From positions 1 to 38,087 of IMG/VR virus record IMGVR_UViG_3300048998_000027: 38,087 nucleotides of DNA, one strand, 5' to 3'. The notes beneath the pieces were generated by a model, which saw only the letters and a program-made list of their open reading frames with translations, did no database searches and was not told the DNA's origin. The stretch comes from a virus. Taxonomy: Duplodnaviria > Caudoviricetes. Below, one piece after another: positions 1-7,571 of this stretch. Made by a program: the position numbers and the translations under genes. Positions within the stretch are counted from its first letter, which is position 1; each line of letters opens with the position of its first letter.

Positions 1-1249
1 ACTTCTTGGGATTTTCACGCAAAACCTTTTCCATCGCCGGGGCGGACTTGAGTTTCAAGTCATACATCTCGGCCACCTTCAGCCGCATCGACTTCATAGT
101 CTTCTCAGCTTCGGCGTCGTCTTGCCACGAGCGTGCCCCCTTCTTACCTTCCACCAACTTGTAACGCGGATCGGTGAACGTACCGGCCAGTAGTCTACGC
201 TCTACTTCGGCGCGTACTGCTTTAACGGTCTGCTCGATCATATCGGCGGCGTCCATGAGGGTGGCCAAGTCCTCGTCTTGCGATGCGGCGATGCGCTCAA
301 GCGCAGCGTCCAGTTGCGGGGCAAGACTGGGTTTCTTGATAATCCAGTTGTCGCCCTCGTGTGTGACGGCGGTAGGCTTGACGCCGTACGCGTTTGCGAT
401 AACCCGTTCAACTTCCGAAGGGCCTATTGCAATCTCGCCTTTCTTCAATACCAGGGGCGCCGCTTCGAGATCTTGGAAGTCCTCTATAATAGTGCCAAGG
501 GTGTACTGACGATTAACGTCACAAGTTGCCTTAACACGACAGTACTTACACTGGATCTCGCCTGCTACGATAGGGAGTTCGTCAACCGGCGTTGTTAAGA
601 TGCGGTTAGCAATGCTGCGAATTTCCGCAACCTTCTCATCTAACTCTGCAACGGTGTAAACGACTTCGCTATCCTCGGCACGGGGCTGGCTGACGCGCAA
701 GCGTACCGTCTCAATCTCGCCCAACAAGTCGTACTCACGTAACGACGCCGCCGAATAGATAACCAGTTGTTCGCTACTGGCGTGAACGGGATTGTGGCCG
801 TACTTAAGATCGTCATTGACGATCTCGGTAGGGGTAACGATGATCGCGTCACACGTTCCGGTAGCCCCTTCCTCGCCGGTAATAAAGCTAATGTCTAACT
901 CTTGCTCGCTGTACAACGTACCTGCCTTAGCGAGTTCGCGCAGTTCATCAATAGACTTCTGAACGTTGAACGCCATGTCGGCATTGACGGTAAGCGAGTA
1001 TCGCCACGGGTTATGTTTGGCTTCGTCGGCGCACCACATAGCGTGTTTTTCTTGTATGACGATGGTTTGTTCGATGTAGTCTTTTGCGTTAGTACCTTCG
1101 GTTAAACACGTATCACGAAGCAAATGCGCACAGGTGCCTTCGTCCGCCGCGTCGTTAGACTGGTCGGGTAGATCCTTTTCCAGCCAGGGTTTGCGAAGGC
1201 AACGCAACCAGGCCGGAGCGCCGCTAGGGCTAAGAAATGCGTGCGCCAT
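1..1249 (-). CDS. DUF2800-family Cas4-like PD-(D/E)XK nuclease, truncated by window edge
   Basis: Not in the ORF track because it has no stop. Manual translation from ATG 1249 is open to base 1: MAHAFLSPSGAPAWLRC...AADEGTCAH...GTCDAII...DDLKYG...QLVIYS...QCKYCRVKATC...YKLVEGKKGARSW. One N-terminal plus three C-terminal Cys fit a Cas4-like Fe-S site. TAATG overlap with the upstream gene. Confidence 0.9.
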   Translation of the reverse strand, partial: MAHAFLSPSGAPAWLRCLRKPWLEKDLPDQSNDAADEGTCAHLLRDTCLTEGTNAKDYIEQTIVIQEKHAMWCADEAKHNPWRYSLTVNADMAFNVQKSIDELRELAKAGTLYSEQELDISFITGEEGATGTCDAIIVTPTEIVNDDLKYGHNPVHASSEQLVIYSAASLREYDLLGEIETVRLRVSQPRAEDSEVVYTVAELDEKVAEIRSIANRILTTPVDELPIVAGEIQCKYCRVKATCDVNRQYTLGTIIEDFQDLEAAPLVLKKGEIAIGPSEVERVIANAYGVKPTAVTHEGDNWIIKKPSLAPQLDAALERIAASQDEDLATLMDAADMIEQTVKAVRAEVERRLLAGTFTDPRYKLVEGKKGARSWQDDAEAEKTMKSMRLKVAEMYDLKLKSAPAMEKVLRENPKK

Positions 1250-1452
1250 TACTGTAGGCTCCCGATACGTTCACCGCCGTAAGCTATTTCCAAGTTGTGC
1301 GCAACTTCTGCAGCACACATATGCGCCGGGTTGGTTAGGTCGAATTGCTCGGTAGCATCCCCGGCCGTTCCGTACAGAATCGTTATAGCGATGCCCGGCC
1401 CGTCTTCGTCCGGAGTGAAGGTGATCGTAGCTTGGGTGCGTTTAGTACCCAT
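1249..1452 (-). CDS. hypothetical protein (67 aa)
   Basis: Fills the gap between neighbours; GAGGTG SD upstream; stop overlaps the DUF2800 start. Confidence 0.7.
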   Translation of the reverse strand: MGTKRTQATITFTPDEDGPGIAITILYGTAGDATEQFDLTNPAHMCAAEVAHNLEIAYGGERIGSLQ

Positions 1453-1454
1453 GA

Positions 1455-1955
1455 TTACACCTCAATCGCTAATAGGTCAGCGTATACCGCTTCCAATTTG
1501 GCTTGGTCGGTTACAGTGTTGTAGTCATTCTCGTCCGATAGCAACGAGCCCAGTTTAGCGATACCGTGTTTAGTGTTAACGGCTTTCACTTCGTCACGCT
1601 TGTTCGCGGAAGCCAGTTTAAGCACCAGATCCCGCGCGGTGCCGAAGCTAATCGGGTCGGTTCCACCCGCTGGGAGCGTACTGAGTTCTTGTGAAGTGCT
1701 TGCAGCTACATCTGGCTGGTGTTCGGTCGCAGACTTGGCAACGTCGGCATCCACAGAAGAGTTGTCCGGCTTGGGGGTGGTTGTAGATTCCACCGCCTTG
1801 GCATTCTGGACAGACTTTTTTGTTTCCGCCTTCTCCTTCACGGGTAAAGGTTCTACGATTTCCTTAATGGAAATGCCGCCTGCTTTACCCCCGAATGCCG
1901 CGATCAATTCGCGGATTGCTTTGGTGTGTTCGTTTAACGCATCTTCTAATGACAT
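1455..1955 (-). CDS. conserved phage hypothetical protein typical upstream of DUF2800
   Basis: GAGGA SD; MSLEDALNEHTKAIRELIAAF N-terminal helix, Pro/Lys/Ala linker, C-terminal helical domain. Confidence 0.8.
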   Translation of the reverse strand: MSLEDALNEHTKAIRELIAAFGGKAGGISIKEIVEPLPVKEKAETKKSVQNAKAVESTTTPKPDNSSVDADVAKSATEHQPDVAASTSQELSTLPAGGTDPISFGTARDLVLKLASANKRDEVKAVNTKHGIAKLGSLLSDENDYNTVTDQAKLEAVYADLLAIEV

Positions 1956-1993
1956 TATTAATTCCTCGTTGAGTGAAATGACATGTTACAACT

Positions 1994-2024
1994 ATTTTAA
2001 ACCATTATGCTAGTAATATCTTGT
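1994..2024 (-). promoter_or_regulatory. putative leftward promoter with operator/activator box
   Basis: Minus strand ACAAG-ata-TTACTAG-N10-TAAAAT, aligning with identical spacing to 5185-5215. Confidence 0.5.
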
Positions 2025-2042
2025 GTGAAACGTTAAAAAATT

Positions 2043-2171
2043 TTACTTAAGTCGATCTTTTGTGACGACGTCTATCAAACTGCCGATTTCATTAAGCGCC
2101 ACTACCAGAGCCCACAGGATGCAGGTCAGTACAATAACCAACACGATTAAGCCGATGAGTATGTAAGTCAT
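2043..2171 (-). CDS. small single-TM membrane protein (42 aa)
   Basis: Manual translation MTYILIGLIVLVIVLTCILWALVVALNEIGSLIDVVTKDRLK; ATGA overlap with the upstream stop at 2168-2171. Confidence 0.65.
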   Translation of the reverse strand: MTYILIGLIVLVIVLTCILWALVVALNEIGSLIDVVTKDRLK

Positions 2172-2446
2172 ATTGTCCTCGCTAAGGTGGCCTTTTCGGC
2201 ACTGTACAACATGGCGTTAATGCGCTCGCTACGGGCTTCGCGCAAGGTGCTTCCCTCGCATACGTAGGTACGGCCGTTAATGGTATCCGTGATCGCTAAG
2301 GTGCCGTCTTTGCCCTGGGTAATGTCTTCCCCGGTAACGCTGAGTTGCCAGCCCGATTCGCTGTACGCAGGTTCTACGCCGTAGTGTTGCGCGAGCGGTA
2401 GGATTTTGGAAAGGGTCTTACTGAATATCGTTATTAATTTTGGCAT
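2168..2446 (-). CDS. hypothetical protein (92 aa)
   Basis: Track ORF 2168..2503; start moved to ATG 2446 (MPKLITIF), which has an AAGGA SD. Confidence 0.7.
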   Translation of the reverse strand: MPKLITIFSKTLSKILPLAQHYGVEPAYSESGWQLSVTGEDITQGKDGTLAITDTINGRTYVCEGSTLREARSERINAMLYSAEKATLARTI

Positions 2447-2547
2447 CGTGGTTTCCTTAAAATAAACATTCGTTAGCGATTGTGCCGCCGCGATTGGCGA
2501 CAACTATATTTAGTAAAAAGTCTTCGCGGTGAACGCATCCCGACTGG

Positions 2548-3414
2548 TCATATTGACTCATCCTTTAGCGGTGGGAGTGAATCAACAATTGCCTTTGCTC
2601 TGAGATATGTTTCGTCATTCACATCAAGTTCTAGCTGGCAATAAGCATCATTAAAAACGCTTTCATAATCAATTAATAAGTCACGTAGAACCTCTACGGT
2701 ATCATTTGGCACATCTGCCTTATTGGGGGAGGGCTGCGCATGACCATTTCGAAGAAATTCACAAACATCATACTCCCAGTCATTAGCCATATACTCGGGT
2801 GGCATCCACTTGCTTTCGCTAGCCGCTTTCTTAATATTTTCCCAAGCTAGTTTATCAAGGTCAAAGGTTGGTATGTCATCAACCGCCTTTGCCTGCTCTG
2901 GAACTGGTGCGGCACTAAAAACTTTATCGAATTCGTCCATTAATGATTGATTAGCAACATATGCTGCCTCTCCATTATCCGCAAAAGAAACGTTATTGGT
3001 TAGCTTAACGTAGCCTGATCGAGCTGCATCAATCTGTGCGCGTAGTTGGTCGCGCTCATGCATTAGATTAAATATAGAATCATGCATGTGGTTCCAATAA
3101 TCCATGTGCATTGACGTGAATTCAGTTTCGCCTCCAAGGATTAGATCGATAATACTTTCTTCACTTTTACTGCGCGCATTGCTCCCACGCAAAACCTGAA
3201 TTTCACTTTCAGCAGCGGTTAGGCGGTCTTGCAGATCGGTAGCGTTCAAAACCTCAGTATCGGAAAGCGCCTCATCAATCTGGTTAAGCAGCACGTTCAG
3301 GCTAGGCACTTTAGGGTGACCTCCACCGTATTCGTGCTGCATGGCATTTTGGTAATCCTGTAATTCCGCCCCGGTCAGGGCTAAAAGCGATTGTAGTTTT
3401 GCGATTGTAGTCAT
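2548..3414 (-). CDS. mosaic early hypothetical protein (288 aa)
   Basis: Long ORF with ATGA coupling to the HNH gene; coiled-coil segments; visibly more AT-rich than flanks. Confidence 0.75.
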   Translation of the reverse strand: MTTIAKLQSLLALTGAELQDYQNAMQHEYGGGHPKVPSLNVLLNQIDEALSDTEVLNATDLQDRLTAAESEIQVLRGSNARSKSEESIIDLILGGETEFTSMHMDYWNHMHDSIFNLMHERDQLRAQIDAARSGYVKLTNNVSFADNGEAAYVANQSLMDEFDKVFSAAPVPEQAKAVDDIPTFDLDKLAWENIKKAASESKWMPPEYMANDWEYDVCEFLRNGHAQPSPNKADVPNDTVEVLRDLLIDYESVFNDAYCQLELDVNDETYLRAKAIVDSLPPLKDESI

Positions 3415-3800
3415 AGTAGGCTCATCTGTCCGTGGGGCTTCTTAAAATCGAATAGCTCTAAATTGTATATAGGGCAGTCCGGCCAGTGCTTGTTTGATTT
3501 ACGGTTGTTTTCAATTTCAGTTATTACGCAAAGATTCCAAGGTACGTGCAAACCGCATACTATCTTGCTGCACACAGGCACGATGTGGTCTACCGCCACC
3601 CGTTCGCCCCTGGCTCGTCTGCGTTTACATTCCTCGTATATCTTTTTGAAGCCCGGATGTTCCGCACACCATTCGGGCCATGCTGTAAACAATTGGCGGT
3701 AATAGCGTACTGAACGGCGGTAATTTTTGTTAAGTAAAGGGTCGAATTCTGATTGTTGCGCAAGCCAGATGGGTTTGCGCTTGCTCAACGGTGTCGCCAT
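3411..3800 (-). CDS. HNH endonuclease
   Basis: VDHIVPV...VCGLHVPWNL...ENNRKSN beta-beta-alpha-metal motif. Confidence 0.88.
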   Translation of the reverse strand: MATPLSKRKPIWLAQQSEFDPLLNKNYRRSVRYYRQLFTAWPEWCAEHPGFKKIYEECKRRRARGERVAVDHIVPVCSKIVCGLHVPWNLCVITEIENNRKSNKHWPDCPIYNLELFDFKKPHGQMSLL

Positions 3801-4063
3801 TACTCGTAATCCACCGCAACGTCGAACGCGCTGGTTTCTACGCGAATATTCTGTTCAGGGAATTCCTTACCGTTTATCTTAACGACACAGGCACCTCCCG
3901 AGGTACGGGCTTCATAACCAGAGCCTGCCCAACGCTGGGCGCATTGCTCTGTAGTGTCGCGTCGAAAGGTGTGGTACGTAATAGGTACCAAGCTAAACAT
4001 TAGCGCGATACCTAAGGAGATAAACGCGGCGTCTGACATTTTCATTCTGCTTTCTCCTACCAA
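3800..4063 (-). CDS. hypothetical protein with N-terminal TM helix (start may be 4045 or 4039)
   Basis: AAFISLGIALMFSLVPITY hydrophobic segment; TAATG coupling to HNH. Confidence 0.65.
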   Translation of the reverse strand: MVGESRMKMSDAAFISLGIALMFSLVPITYHTFRRDTTEQCAQRWAGSGYEARTSGGACVVKINGKEFPEQNIRVETSAFDVAVDYE

Positions 4064-4629
4064 TCCGAACTTGATGAGCTGCTACCGGAATCGCAGCTTG
4101 AGGAACTATCGTAACTCGATGAACTACTCGAATCGCAATGTGAATGGTGTGGGGTGAGTAACGCGTCCACGATTAAGGTATTTAGTACAAAATTGTCAGC
4201 ATTGTTTGCGTAGTTTGAATTTTTTGGGTAGTTATCATGTAACGCCGAACTGCCGCTAGCGCGTCTATTAACAGGTAAAGGTCTAAAACGCTGGCTATCT
4301 AGCGTGCGTTCTGCTTCCAGCGTTACGCGCAATTCGGCGGCTCTTTCTTGCTCGCGCAGTATTTCGGCTTTAGTCGGCACATTAAGAGTGTTAGCTAAGG
4401 CGATAGCTTCTTGTTTTAAAAAGCTTTTGCCAAGCTGAGTATGCAACTCGTCACGAACAATGAACACGTCTCCTTTTTGGACTACATGTTTCCGCGTAAC
4501 AGCGTTTGCGTAAACCCATGTTTCAACGGGTGTTGGGCGGGAGTGGAACTGCACGGGATTATTATCTCGCGCGGTAGCAGGAGTTTTGGTTACTTTTTTA
4601 CCGAATAGCTTTTTTATGAAATTAAACAT
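4057..4629 (-). CDS. hypothetical protein with Ser-rich C-terminal tail; first gene of the leftward operon
   Basis: Track ORF 4057..4656; likely start MFNFIKKLFG at 4629; ends CDSSSSSSYDSSSSCDSGSSSSSSDW. Confidence 0.75.
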   Translation of the reverse strand: MFNFIKKLFGKKVTKTPATARDNNPVQFHSRPTPVETWVYANAVTRKHVVQKGDVFIVRDELHTQLGKSFLKQEAIALANTLNVPTKAEILREQERAAELRVTLEAERTLDSQRFRPLPVNRRASGSSALHDNYPKNSNYANNADNFVLNTLIVDALLTPHHSHCDSSSSSSYDSSSSCDSGSSSSSSDW

Positions 4630-4664
4630 TCTGGTTCTTCTCTTGGTTAAGGGCATCTAGCAAA

Positions 4665-4731
4665 CTTAAAACTCCTTTCTTTAAAGCCCGTTGCGGCGCC
4701 CACTGCAACGCGTGGACAAAGGAGTCTTAAG
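4665..4731 (-). promoter_or_regulatory. leader hairpin that sequesters an AAAGGAG Shine-Dalgarno-like sequence
   Basis: Minus strand CUUAAGACUCCUUU pairs with AAAGGAGUUUUAAG (14 bp, one G-U) and encloses an inner hairpin at 4689-4710. Confidence 0.55.
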
Positions 4732-4795
4732 ATTGCCGCCTATTTCTAGGCGACCTTACGCATGTTTGCAAATCCTCTTGTTAGCGTTATTGGGT

Positions 4796-4932
4796 GTTGT
4801 GACCGGATGCGATCCCGGCATTGGCGTGCACTCCATAAGCCCGCAGCGTCGAATCTGCAAATTAATTAGGGTTTTCCCCAAACGTTTTTAACCGTCCCCT
4901 TTGACTTAGCGTATCGCCTACGCATTCACAAC
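4796..4932 (-). ncRNA. C4-antisense-like structured RNA
   Basis: 5' GUUGUGAAUGCGUAGGCGAUACGC ... GCCGGGAUCGCAUCCGGUCACAAC 3'. Closing stem GUUGUGA/UCACAAC plus two terminal hairpins resemble, from memory, the P1/P7 C4 family (UGAAUGCGCAGGCUGAUGCGC...GCCGGAGAUCAGCACCGGCCAC). Confidence 0.6.
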
Positions 4933-5030
4933 CAAAAACCGCCTAATGCAGTGGCATCTAGCATGCCGGTATAAGCCCTTGGCCCGCTAGAAGGGAGCCT
5001 AACTTTTACTACACTAGGAGGTTTTTGGTT
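4930..5030 (-). ncRNA. unassigned structured RNA domain: 23-bp closing stem and two inner hairpins
   Basis: Arms 5008-5030 and 4930-4952 pair with 2 G-U and 1 mismatch on the minus strand; inner loops CUAGC and GCUAG are complementary. Confidence 0.5.
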
Positions 5031-5050
5031 GCCCCCTCTTGCGAAGGGGC
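5031..5050 (-). other. GNRA-tetraloop hairpin (boxB-like or structural)
   Basis: GCCCCUUC-GCAA-GAGGGGGC on the minus strand. Confidence 0.5.
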
Positions 5051-5052
5051 GG

Positions 5053-5178
5053 TGTTGGTACGGTATAAAGTTTGCTGAAACCATAGGGCCGCTAAGCCTT
5101 GAATGCTCTCACTTGGACTTTAAGCCTTCCGCCGCTAATCACGGCAAGCGCTTGCCCTTCCACTGCACGTTACCAACA
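5053..5178 (-). ncRNA. unassigned structured RNA domain at the 5' end of the leftward transcript
   Basis: UGUUGGUA(A)CG / CGUACCAACA closing stem; perfect 14-bp palindrome GGCAAGCGCTTGCC at 5143-5156. Confidence 0.4.
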
Positions 5179-5184
5179 GTTCCC

Positions 5185-5215
5185 AAATTACAACAACGCT
5201 CTAGTAAACGCTTGT
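5185..5215 (-). promoter_or_regulatory. putative leftward early promoter with operator/activator box
   Basis: Minus strand ACAAG-cgt-TTACTAG-N10-TAATTT; predicted +1 falls at the start of the first RNA domain. Confidence 0.5.
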
Positions 5216-5271
5216 AAATCCCGACGAACGGTCGTTTTTACAGGACAGACGGTATGCCGCACAATAAACTC

Positions 5272-5300
5272 TTGTTTATGCTTGAATGACGTTTTACACT
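5272..5300 (+). promoter_or_regulatory. putative sigma70 promoter for cro-like gene and primase
   Basis: TTGTTT-17 nt-TACACT; the -35 overlaps ACAATAAACTCTTGT (5261-5275). Confidence 0.45.
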
Positions 5301-5334
5301 GTTACGTGACATTTACCCATAAGAGAGCTTTACT

Positions 5335-5580
5335 ATGCAAGATACCCTACTCCAAACGACGGGCGTTCAAGACGCCATCCTCGCCGCCGGCGGGCAGAAA
5401 CAGTTAGCCCTACACCTGGGTGTGACACAGCAGCTTGTCAGCCAGTGGCTTAAACGCGGTTACGTATCGATTAACCGCGTGACCGAAATAGAAAGCCATT
5501 TCGGCATCCCGCGCGCACGCCTGGTTAACCCGAAGTACTTACGCTTGTTCACACCAGTCACCTTCAACGCGGATGTGTAG
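5335..5580 (+). CDS. Cro/YdaS-like HTH transcriptional regulator
   Basis: AILAAGGQKQLALHLGVTQQLVSQWLKRG HTH; divergent position immediately before the primase. Confidence 0.88.
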   Translation: MQDTLLQTTGVQDAILAAGGQKQLALHLGVTQQLVSQWLKRGYVSINRVTEIESHFGIPRARLVNPKYLRLFTPVTFNADV

Positions 5581-5582
5581 CC

Positions 5583-7571
5583 ATGACAGCACCTATTGTG
5601 CAATCCGTTTCCCCACACCTTAACGCCCTGACCGCGCCCGCACCGCTACGCCACCTCACCAGTTGGCTGGTATGGCGGTTCGAGCATTTGGCAGGGGAAA
5701 AGAAACCTAGAAAGGTGCCTTATTATGCAAACGGAGTTCGGCGTTTCGGTGTGCAAGGGTCGGCAAAGGATCGCGCGCAAATGGTCACGTTCGATGCGGC
5801 GATACGCGCGGCGGTGCGCGGGGGCTATAGCGGTGTTGGTATTGCTTTGCTGGATGGGGATAACGTTACTGCTCTTGACTTTGATAATTGCGTCACGGCC
5901 AGTGGAATAGATCCTTCGATTACGCAGGCGCTGGCCGGTACGTATTCCGAGTTCAGCCCGTCAGGCACCGGCATACGCGCGTTCGTCCAGGGTAACTTGG
6001 GCAATCGCAAAACTCCTACTACCGACACCTACGGCTTCGAAACGTTCAGTACCAAGGGCTTCGTCACGGTTACGGGCAACCGCACCGAGGATTGCGACCT
6101 GTTCAATTGTGAGAACACCATAGCGCCGCCTTCACCCGATATCCTTACTATTATCGAGCGGCGTTTCAAACACCGTGACGACGGTGAGTTCTCCGGGACG
6201 ATCAACCCCAAGGGGCTCACGGAGGAACAAGTAAATGAGTGCCTAGCCGCAATTCCTTCTGATATCTCACACGACGAATGGCTACACGTCGGGATGGCCC
6301 TGCATCATGAGACGGGCGGGGATGGCTTCGAGTTCTGGAACACCTGGTCTGCAACGGCTTCAAACTATCCCGGTAGCGAAACCCTTGAAGAACGTTGGCA
6401 TTCCTTCGGGCAATCCCAAGCCCGTCCCATAACGGCCAATTTCCTCCTTGATAAAGCAAAAGAGTACGGTGCGGAAACATACCTAGCCTTCTGCACCGCT
6501 GCCCCCACCGATTTCGATATCGTAGAAGCGCCTCCGCTTCCCGTTAACGGGCATTACCGTATCCGCACCGCGGCGGAATTCGTGCGACACATCCGGCCCA
6601 CGTCCTGGTTGATCAAGGGCGTCCTGCCGCGCGCTGAGTTGGGTGTCATCTACGGCGAGTCTGCCAGTGGCAAGACGTTCATTGCCTGGGATATGTGCGC
6701 AGCCCTCGCGCGGGGTGTCGACTGGAACGGGTTCAAAGTTAACCATGCCAAAGTACTCTATGTGGTTGCGGAAGGGTCTAATGGCTTTAATAATCGTATA
6801 CAGGCGTATTGCCATCAGTACGCTATCCCACACAACGAGCTAAATATTGATGTCATTAGTGATGTGATCCCCAACCTGGGCGACCAGGGCAGCGTTAACC
6901 GCCTTTGCGAGGACGTCAAACGCTTCGGACCCTACGATCTCATCATTATGGATACCTTCGCCCAAGTCACCGCTGGATCTAACGAGAACTCCGGCGAAGA
7001 TATGGGTAAGGCTCTCCTTAATGCTCGCCGCATTGGCAAAGCGGCCGGCGCCATGGTTCTTCTCATCCACCATAGCGGTAAAGATTCCAGCAAAGGAGCC
7101 AGGGGGCATTCGTCTATCCGTGCTGCCTGCGATTTCGAAGCGGAAGTAACCCGGTTCGAGAATGACAGGGCGTTTCAGGTCACCAAATTGAAGGACGGCA
7201 GGGACGGTGCACAGTTCGGTTTCAAGCTGTTGGATGTGGTGCTTGGCGAGGACGAGGACGGCGACGATATTACCAGTTGTATTGTCGAATTTGGCACCTC
7301 TAAAAGTCGGTTAAAAAGGCTTACGGGGCCTAAAGGAGATATCGAAAAGTTGGTACTCTCAGTGGCGCATGAATTGGCGGGATTTGGGGATGAAAACGAT
7401 AGCGGTTTTAATCAGCAAGATCTGTTAGAACAGTGCGTTTTACAGGTTCCTTATGACGATACGAAACGCGATCAACGGCGTGCGAGAGTCATACGGGCGG
7501 TAGAATCTTTGCTTTCGAGGGATTTATTAGTGCTGTACGAAGGACGCGTAAAACTTGCGCGTAAAGAGTAA
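5583..7571 (+). CDS. primase-helicase: AEP/prim-pol N-terminus, PriCT-2, RecA-like AAA_25 helicase
   Basis: ALDFDNC...EFSPSGTGIRAF (AEP); HDEWLHVGMALHHE...WS...RWHSF (PriCT-2); GESASGKT Walker A; LIIMDT Walker B; IHHSGKD...RGHS. Confidence 0.92.
   Translation: MTAPIVQSVSPHLNALTAPAPLRHLTSWLVWRFEHLAGEKKPRKVPYYANGVRRFGVQGSAKDRAQMVTFDAAIRAAVRGGYSGVGIALLDGDNVTALDFDNCVTASGIDPSITQALAGTYSEFSPSGTGIRAFVQGNLGNRKTPTTDTYGFETFSTKGFVTVTGNRTEDCDLFNCENTIAPPSPDILTIIERRFKHRDDGEFSGTINPKGLTEEQVNECLAAIPSDISHDEWLHVGMALHHETGGDGFEFWNTWSATASNYPGSETLEERWHSFGQSQARPITANFLLDKAKEYGAETYLAFCTAAPTDFDIVEAPPLPVNGHYRIRTAAEFVRHIRPTSWLIKGVLPRAELGVIYGESASGKTFIAWDMCAALARGVDWNGFKVNHAKVLYVVAEGSNGFNNRIQAYCHQYAIPHNELNIDVISDVIPNLGDQGSVNRLCEDVKRFGPYDLIIMDTFAQVTAGSNENSGEDMGKALLNARRIGKAAGAMVLLIHHSGKDSSKGARGHSSIRAACDFEAEVTRFENDRAFQVTKLKDGRDGAQFGFKLLDVVLGEDEDGDDITSCIVEFGTSKSRLKRLTGPKGDIEKLVLSVAHELAGFGDENDSGFNQQDLLEQCVLQVPYDDTKRDQRRARVIRAVESLLSRDLLVLYEGRVKLARKE

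Noticed and set aside
1-1249. Cas4-like nuclease as a sign of a CRISPR system
   Set aside because: No repeat-spacer array or other cas genes; DUF2800 is a normal part of this replication module.
174-1355. Plus-strand ORFs and the short minus ORF 640..852 in the track
   Set aside because: They are shadows of the DUF2800 gene, which is open from 1249 to the window edge on the minus strand.
4796-4932. tRNA gene
   Set aside because: Cloverleaf-like, but no TTCGA T-loop in the right place, no anticodon arm of normal size, and too long.
4691-5407. Plus-strand ORFs 4691..4891, 5029..5217 and 5099..5407
   Set aside because: TTG starts without SD, no recognisable motifs, and the region is better explained by minus-strand RNA structure and promoters.
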